64,000 bases of DNA from Alphaproteobacteria bacterium (lineage in GTDB: Bacteria; Pseudomonadota; Alphaproteobacteria; RF32; CAG-239). Location of the stretch: assembly GCA_017546315.1 (NCBI GenBank), contig JAFYXH010000012.1, positions 7,617 through 71,616 on the forward strand, in the 5' to 3' direction. Positions within the stretch are counted from its first letter, which is position 1. Every line of letters starts with the position of its first letter. Under the pieces are notes generated by a model, which saw only the letters and a program-made list of their open reading frames with translations, did not search any database and was not told the DNA's origin. Of the stretch, positions 20,214 through 30,845 are shown piece after piece. The position numbers and the translations under genes were made by a program.

Positions 20214-22667
20214 TTATTTTGTTCCGTCTATTATCTCTACAGCTTTTTCAAAGGTTAGGTCTTTGGTTATTGTGCCTTTAGGAATGCGATAATTATTTTT
20301 ACCACACTTTAGGTATTCACCATAACGACCTGTTGCTAGCAATATATCTGTCTTTAATTTTGGGTGCTGACCAAGAGATTTTGCCTCTGGCTTTTCTGCC
20401 ACGTTTTTCAAAAGCTCTTCCGCTCTTTCTAGTGTGATGTTGAAGATATTATCATTACCAACTAATGAGCGAGATTTATTGCCTTGTTTGATATATTGGC
20501 CAAATTTACCAATGTTTATAGTTATGCCATTGCCGATATCTTTTGGAAGGCTGATTAAAGTATCTGCATGCTCAAAAGTTATCTCTTCTGGTGATAAAAA
20601 CTTAGGAAGAGCAATACGCTTTGGCTTTTCTGTTGTGGCGGTTGCATCTTCGCCTAGTTGGATGTAGAATCCGTATGGACCTTTCTTGAGATATACATTT
20701 AACCCTTGATGTTCACCTAAGATTTTATCTTCTGGGTTTGGTTTCTTCTCTGTTGAGTTTTCTTCCTCGTCCTTAACATCTGTTAGAGGGATGGTGTATT
20801 TGCATTCTGGATAATTTGAACAACCAAGGAATGCACCAAATTTACCAAGTTTGATACTTAGGTGGCCTTTACCACACTCTGGGCACAAACGAGGGTCTGA
20901 ACCGTCTTCTTTTTCTGGGAATAAGTGATATGCTAAAACTTCATCAATTTTATCTATCACTTCACTTACTTGAAGAGGTTGAACCGCTTGAATGTTGTTA
21001 TAGAACTCTTTCCAAAATTCTTCGAGCAGTTTCTTCCACGCTAGAGAGCCTGCGGATATATCATCCAGATTTTCCTCCATTTGGGCGGTAAAGTTATATT
21101 CTACGTATTTCTTGAAATAGTTTTCTAAGAATATGGTTACAATACGACCTCTATCCTCTGGGATGAAACGTAGTTTTTCAACCTTTACATATTTGCGCTC
21201 TTGAATTACAGCAATAATAGAAGCATATGTTGATGGACGACCAATACCTAATTCTTCTAGTTTTTTAACAAGGCTTGCTTCGGTAAAACGAGGAGGTGGA
21301 GTGGTAAAATGCTGCTCTGGCTTAATTGCTTTTTTAGATAAACTTTCACCAACTTCTACATTTGGAAGAAGTCTATTTTCATCATCTTCGTCTGCATCAT
21401 CTTTGCCTTCTTGATAAAGTTTTAAGAAGCCATCAAACGCAATTACTTGTCCATTTGCACGAAGCAAAATTTGTTTGTCTTTTGAGATAGAATCTATCAC
21501 AACTTTATCCATTACGGCCGGTTCCATTTGACAAGCAACGGTACGTTTCCAAATTAGCTCATAAAGTTTGTGAGAATCTGCATCAAGCTTTTCTTCCATT
21601 TTCTTTGGAGTGTTCATTATATCTGCTGGACGAATAGCCTCGTGTGCTTCTTGAGCATTTTTAGATTTTGTTTTGTATTCTTTGGGAGTTTTAGGAAGAT
21701 AATCTTCACCAAAGTATTTTTTGATTGCTTCTCGACAATTTGCAATAGCCTCGGCAGATAGGTTTACGGCGTCAGTTCTCATGTATGTAATGAAACCTGA
21801 TTCATAAAGCTTTTGAGCAACTTGCATTGTTTTTTTGGCTGAAAATCTGAGCTTGCGAGCGGCCTCTTGTTGGAGGGTTGATGTTGTGAAAGGTGGAGCT
21901 GGGTAGCGATTTGCCTTTTTGCGCTCTATCTTTGCTATTTCAAAATCTTGAGCCTCAATCTTTGCTTTTGCAATGTCTGCTTTTTCTTTGGTGTTTATAT
22001 CAAATTTTTCTAATTTTTTGCCATCTAGGTTTATCAAATGAGATGGAATTAACGCATCTGTTTTGGTGTTTAGATCTACGTCTATTGTCCAATATTCTTC
22101 GGGTTTAAATTTCTCTATTTCCATCTCTCTTTCGCAGATTAAACGAAGAGCAACAGATTGAACTCGGCCTGCTGATTTTGAACCTGGAAGTTTGCGCCAC
22201 AAAACAGGAGACAAGGTAAAACCTACGAGATAATCCAATGCACGACGAGCCATATAAGCAGAAACCAAATTGTCATCTATTTGACGAGGGTTCTCGATAG
22301 CATCTGTTACGGCATTTTTGGTGATTTCGTGGAATACTACACGCTCAATCTTTTTATCCTTTAGTTTCTTTTTTGATTTGAGTTCTTCTAATATGTGCCA
22401 AGCAATGGCTTCTCCTTCTCTATCCGGGTCGGATGCGAGGACTAACGTATCACAATTTTTTAGGGCAGTACTGATATCGTTTAGGCGTTTTTTTCCACCT
22501 GAACTTAACTCCCATTCCATTTTAAAACCTTCATCAGGATTAACTGAACCATCTTTGCTGGGCAAGTCTCTTATATGACCATAACTTGCTAAAACTTGAT
22601 AATCCTTACCAAGGTATTTGTTAATTGTTTTGGCTTTTGCCGGAGACTCAACTACAACTAATTTCAT
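20214..22667 (-). CDS. topA: DNA topoisomerase I
   Basis: Toprim start MKLVVVESPAKAKTI, active-site region ITYMRTD, C-terminal zinc-ribbon repeats (CPECGKG...GCSNYPEC). Confidence 0.95.
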   Translation of the reverse strand: MKLVVVESPAKAKTINKYLGKDYQVLASYGHIRDLPSKDGSVNPDEGFKMEWELSSGGKKRLNDISTALKNCDTLVLASDPDREGEAIAWHILEELKSKKKLKDKKIERVVFHEITKNAVTDAIENPRQIDDNLVSAYMARRALDYLVGFTLSPVLWRKLPGSKSAGRVQSVALRLICEREMEIEKFKPEEYWTIDVDLNTKTDALIPSHLINLDGKKLEKFDINTKEKADIAKAKIEAQDFEIAKIERKKANRYPAPPFTTSTLQQEAARKLRFSAKKTMQVAQKLYESGFITYMRTDAVNLSAEAIANCREAIKKYFGEDYLPKTPKEYKTKSKNAQEAHEAIRPADIMNTPKKMEEKLDADSHKLYELIWKRTVACQMEPAVMDKVVIDSISKDKQILLRANGQVIAFDGFLKLYQEGKDDADEDDENRLLPNVEVGESLSKKAIKPEQHFTTPPPRFTEASLVKKLEELGIGRPSTYASIIAVIQERKYVKVEKLRFIPEDRGRIVTIFLENYFKKYVEYNFTAQMEENLDDISAGSLAWKKLLEEFWKEFYNNIQAVQPLQVSEVIDKIDEVLAYHLFPEKEDGSDPRLCPECGKGHLSIKLGKFGAFLGCSNYPECKYTIPLTDVKDEEENSTEKKPNPEDKILGEHQGLNVYLKKGPYGFYIQLGEDATATTEKPKRIALPKFLSPEEITFEHADTLISLPKDIGNGITINIGKFGQYIKQGNKSRSLVGNDNIFNITLERAEELLKNVAEKPEAKSLGQHPKLKTDILLATGRYGEYLKCGKNNYRIPKGTITKDLTFEKAVEIIDGTK

Positions 22668-22680
22668 ATGTATAATCCTT

Positions 22681-23787
22681 TTAAGATTTAGCGATTTTAT
22701 TACCTGGAAGGCGTATAATCTTGCCGTCTAATTCTAATTCGCTTATTACCATCAATATCTCTTCTGTTGGAACAGAGAAATGGCGAATAATATCGTCTAT
22801 ATCTTCCCCTGTGGTAGAGATGAGTGATAATAAATTTTGATGCAAATTATTTTCGTTTGCACTATCTGTGCTTATTTGGTTATTGTCAAGTGAATATTCA
22901 AATAATTCTCTTGTCGGTATTTTAGAAGGAGTTAGCGAAATAAATTCTTTGTCTTTAAAATCAAAGTTATCGCTTATGTCTTTAGATGTTTCAACTAAAG
23001 TTGCACCTTCTTTTATTAATTTGTTGCATCCTGATGTTCTATTATCAAACGGAGCACCTGGGATGGCATAAACATCACGACCTTGTTCTAAGGCTAAGTT
23101 GGCTGTTATTAGCGAACCTGACATAACACTTGCTTCTACAACTAAAACACCTTTACTTAGACCTGAAACTATGCGATTGCGACGTGGAAAATTTGAGGAT
23201 TGTGGAGACGTGCCTAAAGGATATTCTGATAATACCAATCCTTTTTGAATGATTTTCTTGTATAAAGTGTCATTTTCTTTGGGATAAACAACATCTACAC
23301 CTGTCCCTAAAACGGCAATTGTTGAGGCATTAGTTTCTAGTGCACCTAAATGAGCAAAACTATCAATCCCCCTTGCCATACCTGAAACGATTGTTATTCC
23401 ATTTTCTGCAATTTCTTTAGAAATGTTTTGAGCTAACTTTGAAGCACCAAAAGAAGCACTGCGTGAACCCACTACGGCTAAAGCGTTTTTGTTTTGTAAT
23501 AAGCTTGTATTTCCTAAAGCATACAGCACGGGCGGACAATCATCTATTTGTTTTAGATTATATGGATATTCATCATCTTCAATCGTTATTATTTTTATGC
23601 CTTTTATTTCTGCAGTTAGGAGTTCTTTTTCTGCTTTTTGACGAGGGAATATTGATTTTTTTTGAGATAATTCTTTTAAGGCAATATCTATATCATGATA
23701 TCGGTCCATGAGCCTTTTGAAATTCACGGGACCGATACCAGCTGTATTTATTAGTTGTATGTATGATATTAATTTTTCTTTATTCAC
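22681..23787 (-). CDS. dprA: DNA processing protein DprA
   Basis: VVGSRSAS..G...A......A..G.TIVSGMARGIDSFAH, Rossmann-like DprA core, C-terminal winged-helix-like tail. Confidence 0.9.
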   Translation of the reverse strand: MNKEKLISYIQLINTAGIGPVNFKRLMDRYHDIDIALKELSQKKSIFPRQKAEKELLTAEIKGIKIITIEDDEYPYNLKQIDDCPPVLYALGNTSLLQNKNALAVVGSRSASFGASKLAQNISKEIAENGITIVSGMARGIDSFAHLGALETNASTIAVLGTGVDVVYPKENDTLYKKIIQKGLVLSEYPLGTSPQSSNFPRRNRIVSGLSKGVLVVEASVMSGSLITANLALEQGRDVYAIPGAPFDNRTSGCNKLIKEGATLVETSKDISDNFDFKDKEFISLTPSKIPTRELFEYSLDNNQISTDSANENNLHQNLLSLISTTGEDIDDIIRHFSVPTEEILMVISELELDGKIIRLPGNKIAKS

Positions 23788-24406
23788 TTTTTTCTTCTTT
23801 TTTTAGTTTGATTTTGCTTTCTTCGCCTTTTAGCAATCTTTTAATGTTTGCATGATGACGAACAATTACTAACGCAACAATTGCAGAATAAACATATGTG
23901 TATTCAATTGATGGAGCATAAAAATATGATATCAAAGGAACACAAGCAGATGCAACTAGAGCTGACAATGAAGAATATTTAAATGTAAACGCCATAACTA
24001 ACCAAATAGCAAGAGCGATAAGGGCAACAGGCCAACATGTCATCAAAATAAAACCAAATGTTGATGCAACACCTTTGCCTCCTTTGAACTTTAACCATAT
24101 AGGAAAATTGTGCCCTAATACACCAAAGCTACCTGCAATTAGAGAAGCCATAACAGATGCATCTCCTACGAAAACTTTTCTTGCGATAAATGCGGCAACA
24201 CCTGCTTTTAATGCATCACACAAAACGGTTAGCAAAGCAAGAGTTTTATTACCTGTTCTTAAAACATTTGTAGCACCAATATTACCTGAACCAATCTTTC
24301 TGATATCTCCATATCCAGCCATGCGAGTTAAGATTAAACCGAATGGAACGGACCCTATAAAATATCCAAATAAAGCGCTTATTGCATAAATTATTTCTGA
24401 TGACAT
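23780..24406 (-). CDS. plsY: glycerol-3-phosphate acyltransferase PlsY
   Basis: GYFIGSVPFG, GSGNIGATNVLR, HNFPIWLKFKGGKG. The start at 24406 (MSSEIIY) is more plausible than the track start at 24469. Confidence 0.9.
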   Translation of the reverse strand: MSSEIIYAISALFGYFIGSVPFGLILTRMAGYGDIRKIGSGNIGATNVLRTGNKTLALLTVLCDALKAGVAAFIARKVFVGDASVMASLIAGSFGVLGHNFPIWLKFKGGKGVASTFGFILMTCWPVALIALAIWLVMAFTFKYSSLSALVASACVPLISYFYAPSIEYTYVYSAIVALVIVRHHANIKRLLKGEESKIKLKKEEKSE

Positions 24407-24584
24407 ATCCACTTCTCCCAAAAAATTCATTTTGAGCAATACTACACAATAGTGATTAAATTTCAACAAATTTTACATCTAACGTGTATATTTCATCTTT
24501 TTTTGACGTTAGAGAAAAAAAATAGTGACAAAATTATTTATTTATATAATATGAGGGCAGATTATTTTTTATGAGGGATTTTTT

Positions 24585-25295
24585 ATGAGCTGTGCTTACA
24601 AAAGAATACTTTTAAAGCTTTCTGGCGAAGGCTTGATGGGCAAACAAGCTTTTGGTATTGACGAGGTAGTACTCGACAATATTGTTGAAAGCATAAAAAA
24701 GGTAAGAAAACAAAAAGTAGAACTTTGTATTGTTATTGGCGGAGGCAACTTTTATAGAGGGGTAAACAATAAGAGCAAATCAATTAGTCGCTCTGTTGCA
24801 GACCAAGCCGGAATGCTTGCAACAATCATTAACGCATTGTTCTTAAAAGGCGCTCTGGAAAAAGAGGGAGTATTAACTGAAATCCTATCAGGACTTAACG
24901 CTCCGCAAGTTGTTGAACCCTATTCTTACAGAAAAGCAAAAGAGCTCTTAAGTAAAGGATATGTTTTGATTTTTGCAGGCGGAACTGGGAATCCATATTT
25001 CACAACTGATACCGGAGCAACATTAAGAGCTCTTGAAACAGATTGCGATGCACTCTTTAAGGCAACACAAGTTGACGGTGTTTATGACAGCGACCCAAAA
25101 AAGAATCCTGATGCAAAAAGATTTAACCAAATATCTTATGATGAGGTTATAACGAAAGAACTTAAGGTTATGGATATGACCGCAATATCTATGGCTAGAG
25201 AAAATAAACTTCCTATCGTTGTTTTCAAACAGGAAACATCTTCATCTCTTGTTGATGCAATAAACAACAAAGGTAATTATACAACAATAAAGTGA
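24585..25295 (+). CDS. pyrH: UMP kinase
   Basis: YKRILLKLSGE, GGGNFYRG, GTGNPYFTTDT. Confidence 0.95.
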   Translation: MSCAYKRILLKLSGEGLMGKQAFGIDEVVLDNIVESIKKVRKQKVELCIVIGGGNFYRGVNNKSKSISRSVADQAGMLATIINALFLKGALEKEGVLTEILSGLNAPQVVEPYSYRKAKELLSKGYVLIFAGGTGNPYFTTDTGATLRALETDCDALFKATQVDGVYDSDPKKNPDAKRFNQISYDEVITKELKVMDMTAISMARENKLPIVVFKQETSSSLVDAINNKGNYTTIK

Positions 25296-25301
25296 GGCAA
25301 T

Positions 25302-25865
25302 ATGACTGATTTTAATGAAATAAAAAGAGACACCATCGAACGCATGGATAAGACCCTTGAAACTTTAAAAAATGATTTTGGAAGCTTAAGAGCTGGTCGT
25401 GCTCATGCTAGCCTTTTAGACAATATTATGGTTGAAGCATACGGCTCTCCAACTCCTATTGCACAAGTTGGTACAATTAGTGTTCCAGATGCTAGAACTT
25501 TATCTATTAGTGTTTGGGATAAGGGATTATCTAAATCTATTGAAAAAGCATTAAGAGAATCTGATTTAGGGTTAAACCCTGTTTCTGACGGTCAACTCAT
25601 CCGTATTCCTATCCCACCACTTTCTGAAGAAAGAAGAAAAGAACTAGTTAAAATTGCAGGAAAATATGCAGAACAAAACAAAATTGCAATCAGAAACATC
25701 AGAAGAGATGCTTTAGATGAGGTGAAAAAATTAAAAAAAGACAACTTAATTTCTGAGGATGATGAAAAGAAATATGGAAATGAAATCCAAAAATTAACAG
25801 ATGATTCAATAAAGAAAATTGATGACCTTTTGAGCCAAAAAGAAAAAGACATTTTGCAAGTGTAG
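25302..25865 (+). CDS. frr: ribosome recycling factor
   Basis: 187 aa, LRAGRAHASLLD, LNP...G..IRIPIPPLSEERRKELVK. Confidence 0.95.
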   Translation: MTDFNEIKRDTIERMDKTLETLKNDFGSLRAGRAHASLLDNIMVEAYGSPTPIAQVGTISVPDARTLSISVWDKGLSKSIEKALRESDLGLNPVSDGQLIRIPIPPLSEERRKELVKIAGKYAEQNKIAIRNIRRDALDEVKKLKKDNLISEDDEKKYGNEIQKLTDDSIKKIDDLLSQKEKDILQV

Positions 25866-25869
25866 TACT

Positions 25870-26577
25870 ATGAACGAAAATAATTCATGTAAGCATATTG
25901 CTATAATTATGGATGGCAATGGTCGTTGGGCTAAAAAGAGAGGAATGCCTAGGACTTTTGGACACAAAAAAGGCGCTGAAAACGTTATCAATATAACAAG
26001 GGCCATGAAAGAATCTGGGGTTAAATATTTAACCCTTTATGCCTTTTCTACTGAGAACTGGAAAAGAACAGAAGATGAGGTAATGGCTTTGATGAATTTG
26101 TTAAGAGAATATCTTGATAAAGAATTCAAAGAGATTATGGAAAACGACGTTAGACTTTTGTTTATTGGGGAAAAAGAGATGTTATCCCCTGATATTCAGG
26201 AGAAGATTTCTGAACTAGAAGAAAAATCAAAAAACAACAAGTCTTTAACACTATGCGTTGCTTTATCTTATGGTTCAAGACAGGAGATTTTGAGCGCTGT
26301 AAAAAAGATTGCTAGAGATGCTATAAATGGAGATATTAAGATTGATAACATCTCAATGGAGACTATCGAACAAAGCCTTTATACTAAAGATATTCCTGAT
26401 CCTGATATTTTAATTAGAACTAGTGGGGAACAAAGAATAAGTAATTATTTGTTATGGCAACTTGCTTATACGGAATTATTTTTTACTAACACATTATGGC
26501 CCGACTTTAACAAAGAAGAGCTAACAGATATTATTCAACAATTTAACAATAGGGAGAGAAGATATGGAAAAAACTAA
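25870..26577 (+). CDS. uppS: undecaprenyl-diphosphate synthase
   Basis: HIAIIMDGNGRWA, LTLYAFSTENW.R, DILIRTSGEQRISNYLLWQLAYTELFF. Confidence 0.95.
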   Translation: MNENNSCKHIAIIMDGNGRWAKKRGMPRTFGHKKGAENVINITRAMKESGVKYLTLYAFSTENWKRTEDEVMALMNLLREYLDKEFKEIMENDVRLLFIGEKEMLSPDIQEKISELEEKSKNNKSLTLCVALSYGSRQEILSAVKKIARDAINGDIKIDNISMETIEQSLYTKDIPDPDILIRTSGEQRISNYLLWQLAYTELFFTNTLWPDFNKEELTDIIQQFNNRERRYGKN

Positions 26578-27403
26578 TCTAACATCATTACAGAAACGAA
26601 TATTAACATCGCTTGTTATGATCCCTATTGTTATTGGCGCTTTGCGTTCAGGTCATCCCTATGTTGATATTTTAATCTTCTTGGTTGGTTCTATGCTTTC
26701 TTGGGAATGGGCAAATATGGTACCAAATAAACGCATTAGCACATATATTACTTGTTATGTATTTTCTCTTGGATGCTCTTTGGTTGTTTTTGATAGAGGT
26801 GTTTTATTCTTCACACTTTTGATTGCAACTTTGTTTGTATTCAATAAAGCAAAAGACGAAGAACATAGATATCTACTAACTCTTGGTGTACCATATATCT
26901 CCATTGGTGTTGGTGCTCTTTATTGGATATACTTCTTATTTGATGCTTTTGGAAGTATTCCTGGCGAAAAGGGTAGTTTTGTTATGACTTTATGGTTTAT
27001 CTTGATGGTATGGAGTGTTGATATTGGCGCATATGCTGTTGGCTCTAATCTAAAGGGACCAAAACTAGCGCCAAAAATCAGCCCTAATAAAACATGGTCT
27101 GGACTTATTGGTGGTGTTATTTTATCTGCTGCAGTAAGCTATTTGTATATGTATGCAACAAAGAATATTTTTAGCATAACAATGCCTATTAGCGAGCAAT
27201 TAAAATTTGCTACACTAGGTGCTGTTATTGCAGTTGTAGCTCAAATTGGCGACCTAATAGAATCTGCCATTAAAAGATATTTAGGCGTAAAAGATAGTAG
27301 TTCTTTAATCCCTGGACATGGCGGTGTTTTTGATAGAATAGATGGCTTGATTTTTGCTGCGCCTATTATTTATTGCTACTTTTCTTTGGTTTCATTTAAG
27401 TAA
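26564..27403 (+). CDS. cdsA: phosphatidate cytidylyltransferase
   Basis: Polytopic protein with signature SAIKRYLGVKDSSSLIPGHGGVFDRIDG. Confidence 0.9.
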   Translation: MEKTNLTSLQKRILTSLVMIPIVIGALRSGHPYVDILIFLVGSMLSWEWANMVPNKRISTYITCYVFSLGCSLVVFDRGVLFFTLLIATLFVFNKAKDEEHRYLLTLGVPYISIGVGALYWIYFLFDAFGSIPGEKGSFVMTLWFILMVWSVDIGAYAVGSNLKGPKLAPKISPNKTWSGLIGGVILSAAVSYLYMYATKNIFSITMPISEQLKFATLGAVIAVVAQIGDLIESAIKRYLGVKDSSSLIPGHGGVFDRIDGLIFAAPIIYCYFSLVSFK

Positions 27404-27419
27404 GGATTTTGAGGATATT

Positions 27420-28559
27420 ATGATTATGGAATGGTTATTAAATATTGTTTATTATGTGGTACCTTTTCTTGTTTTGCTTGGGGTACTTGTGTTTGTTCAT
27501 GAATTTGGGCACTTTATTGTAGCAAAAAAACTTGGTGTTAGCGTTAGCGCTTTTTCTATTGGGTTTGGGAAAGAACTTTGGAGCAAAACAGACAAACAAG
27601 GAACTGTTTGGAAACTTTCTTTGATTCCACTTGGTGGGTATTGCCAATTTTTGGGAGATGCTGACGAATCTTCTACCACAGAAGTTGATTTAAGTAAATA
27701 TACAGAAGAGGAGCAAAAACATCTATTTGCGACACAAAAACCTATAAAGAAATTAGCAATAGCAATTGCCGGACCATTATTTAACTACTTGTTTGCTTTT
27801 GTTGTATTTTTTGGATTATTTTTCTTCTTTGGAAGTTATGATATTCCTCCTGTTGTTTCTGAGGTTATTGAAAACTCTCCTGCTCAACATGCAGGTATTC
27901 AAGAGAACGATAGAATCCTCGAAGTAAATGGAGCTGTAATAACAGAGTGGGGAGATATATCTAGAGAAGTTAGCCTTGCTACTGAAAATGTGGATTTATT
28001 GATTGAAAGAAACGGTGAAAAGATAAAACTTACCCTACCTCTTGCTGAGATGGATTATGCTTTTGATGAAACAGAAAAACCCATAAAAAGAAGAATGATT
28101 GGAATTAAGGCTGAAGCAAAGCGCTTTAATATTTCAAAAGATACTTTCGACTTTACTACTGCTGTTAAAAAATCTTATTTTGAAGTTTATAATGTCTCTG
28201 TTATGACACTTCGTGGTGTAGGACAAATTATCTCTGGAGAACGCTCTGGTGATGACGTTGGAGGGATTATTAGAATTGCTGAAATGTCTGGTGATATTTC
28301 AAAATCAAGAGGGTTCTTAGACTTCTTATCTTTTATGGCTTTATTGTCTATTAACTTAGGATTGATAAACTTATTCCCAATCCCATTACTTGATGGTGGA
28401 CATGTTATAATTTATTTGTTAGAAATAGTGTCAAGACGTGAGCTTAATGCAAAAATCAAAGAATATTTGTTTAAACTCGGACTTGGTTTTGTTTTGTGTT
28501 TAATGGTGTTTGCAACTTGGAATGATATAAAACACCTTATTACAAGATGGTTTGAATAA
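27420..28559 (+). CDS. rseP: RIP zinc metalloprotease RseP
   Basis: HEFGHF zinc motif, PDZ domain, NLFPIPLLDGGH. ATG 27420 is preceded by GAGGA; the track start at 27354 overlaps cdsA. Confidence 0.9.
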   Translation: MIMEWLLNIVYYVVPFLVLLGVLVFVHEFGHFIVAKKLGVSVSAFSIGFGKELWSKTDKQGTVWKLSLIPLGGYCQFLGDADESSTTEVDLSKYTEEEQKHLFATQKPIKKLAIAIAGPLFNYLFAFVVFFGLFFFFGSYDIPPVVSEVIENSPAQHAGIQENDRILEVNGAVITEWGDISREVSLATENVDLLIERNGEKIKLTLPLAEMDYAFDETEKPIKRRMIGIKAEAKRFNISKDTFDFTTAVKKSYFEVYNVSVMTLRGVGQIISGERSGDDVGGIIRIAEMSGDISKSRGFLDFLSFMALLSINLGLINLFPIPLLDGGHVIIYLLEIVSRRELNAKIKEYLFKLGLGFVLCLMVFATWNDIKHLITRWFE

Positions 28560-28576
28560 CTTTTAAGGATTATAAA

Positions 28577-30829
28577 ATGAAGTTTAAATTGGCGGGAATT
28601 TCGTTATTAGCTTTATCTCTTTGCTCTCAAGCAATGGCACAAGGGATTATATCTGATATTAACATCATAGGCCTTCAAAGAGTTGAGAAAGATACTGCTC
28701 TATCTTATGCAGGTATTAGGACCGGTGGAGCTGTATCTTCAGAAGAACTAAACAATGCTTTGCGTAGATTATATGACACAGGATTGTTTAGTGATGTTAG
28801 CTTCGATACAAAAGGAAGTACTCTTCTCATAAATGTTGTTGAGAATCCTGTTATTGGTGTTAGAGCATTTGATGGAAACAACAAAATTGATGATAAGATC
28901 TTGGAATCCGAAGTACAATCTCAACCTCGTTCTGTTTTCAACAAAGCAAAGGTTCAACAAGACGTTCAACGTATTTTAGATGTATACAAAAGAGCAGGAC
29001 GTTATGGTGTTAAGGTTGAGCCAAAAATCATCAAAAAAACAGACAATAGAGTTGATTTGATTTTTGAGATTGAAGAAGGTCCTGAAGCAAAGATTGACAC
29101 CATTAACTTTATTGGTAATAAGCACTATACTGGAAAAGATTTACAAGCTGAAATTATGAGTAAAGAAAGCCGTTGGTATAGATTATTCTCTAGTGCAGAA
29201 TCTTTTGATAGAGAAAAAATGAACTATGACCAAGAGCTTTTGAGACGTTTTTATAATCGTCATGGATATGCTGATTTTGCTGTTTTGTCTGCAATTGCAG
29301 AATTATCTAGAGATAAAACATCTTTTGTTTTGAACTTTACAATTGATGAGGGTGTTCGCTACAAGGTTAGTGATATTAAAATCAACTCAAATGTTGCGGA
29401 CATTGATCCTAACCAATGGTATAAGTATGTTTCTCTTAATGTTGGTGATTGGTATAATTCTGACGAAATTGAAAAAACGGTTTCTTCATTGACAGAAGAA
29501 TTATCTCGTAAGGGTTTTGTGTTTGTTGAAGTTGCTCCTTCTATTCATAAAGATAGTGAAACAGGAAAGCTTAGTGTTGTTTTTGACATTAAAGAGAATA
29601 CAAAAGTTTTCGTAAACAGAATTAACATTACTGGTAACACTAGAACTCTTGATGAAGTTATTAGACGTGAATTTAGAATTGCTGAAGGTAATGTATTTAA
29701 TGCTTCTAAGATTAGAGATTCAAGACGCAATATTGAAAGCTTAAACTTCTTTAGTAAGGTTGATATCGAATCTGAAAGAGTTGATTATGATAAGGCTGAT
29801 ATCAATGTTAATGTAGAAGAAAAATCTACGGGTTATTTCAACGTTGGTGTGGGTTATTCTACTGTTAATGGGGCTTTAATTAGAGCCGGCATTACAGAAA
29901 ATAACTTCTTAGGAAAAGGACAACAAGTTAGCTTGAATGCTGGTATGTCTCAACGTTCTAATGATTATAGCTTCAGCTTTACTGAGCCATATTTCTTGGA
30001 TAGACATTTGAGTGCAGGAACAGATTTATTCTACCAAACAGAAGACTACCAAGACGAAAGTAATTATGACATGGATACCATGGGTGTTAGACTTCGTTTG
30101 GGATGGGATTATACAGATAATTTGAGTCAATATGTTCGCTATACTCTTAAAAAAGATGAAATTAAGAATGTTAGCAGTGCATCTAAATACATTCAACGTG
30201 AAGAAGGGGAATCTATCGACTCTGTTATTGGTCAAACTATCGTTTATGATAAAAGAGACAACATAATGAAACCTAGAGAAGGATATTACTTATCGTTTGG
30301 TAATGATATTTCCGGATTGGGTGGGGATGATAAATACTTAAAATTTGATGCTAAGGCATACAAGTTCTATACACTTTCTGACCACTACACATTTAAGTTC
30401 TTCATCAACGGTGGTTATATCACTGGATACGGTAATGAAGACGCAAGACTTGCACAAAGATATTTCTTAGGTGGAAACTCTATGCGTGGATTTGATACTG
30501 GTGGTATTAGCGCTAGAGATAAAGCTACTAAGGATGCTCTTGGTGGAAACTGGATGGTATGGGGAGGTGCTGAGTTAGCATTCCCACTCGGATTGGATGA
30601 GCTCGGCATTAGAGGTAGAACATTCGTTGATATTGGTACTACTGGTAAACCTGATGATATTGACAAGAATGATGTTGACTACTCTTCTTCTCCACGTGTT
30701 GCTGTTGGTTTCGGTTTCGAATGGACTTCTCCAATGGGTAAAATTGATATCGACTTCGGTTTCCCAATTGTTAAAGAAGACTATGATGAAACAGAAGTAT
30801 TTCGTTTGAACTTTGGTACAAGCTTATAA
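28577..30829 (+). CDS. bamA: outer membrane protein assembly factor BamA
   Basis: Signal peptide, five POTRA-like repeats, C-terminal Omp85 barrel ending FRLNFGTSL. Confidence 0.95.
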   Translation: MKFKLAGISLLALSLCSQAMAQGIISDINIIGLQRVEKDTALSYAGIRTGGAVSSEELNNALRRLYDTGLFSDVSFDTKGSTLLINVVENPVIGVRAFDGNNKIDDKILESEVQSQPRSVFNKAKVQQDVQRILDVYKRAGRYGVKVEPKIIKKTDNRVDLIFEIEEGPEAKIDTINFIGNKHYTGKDLQAEIMSKESRWYRLFSSAESFDREKMNYDQELLRRFYNRHGYADFAVLSAIAELSRDKTSFVLNFTIDEGVRYKVSDIKINSNVADIDPNQWYKYVSLNVGDWYNSDEIEKTVSSLTEELSRKGFVFVEVAPSIHKDSETGKLSVVFDIKENTKVFVNRINITGNTRTLDEVIRREFRIAEGNVFNASKIRDSRRNIESLNFFSKVDIESERVDYDKADINVNVEEKSTGYFNVGVGYSTVNGALIRAGITENNFLGKGQQVSLNAGMSQRSNDYSFSFTEPYFLDRHLSAGTDLFYQTEDYQDESNYDMDTMGVRLRLGWDYTDNLSQYVRYTLKKDEIKNVSSASKYIQREEGESIDSVIGQTIVYDKRDNIMKPREGYYLSFGNDISGLGGDDKYLKFDAKAYKFYTLSDHYTFKFFINGGYITGYGNEDARLAQRYFLGGNSMRGFDTGGISARDKATKDALGGNWMVWGGAELAFPLGLDELGIRGRTFVDIGTTGKPDDIDKNDVDYSSSPRVAVGFGFEWTSPMGKIDIDFGFPIVKEDYDETEVFRLNFGTSL

Positions 30830-30845
30830 TTAAAGGATAATACAA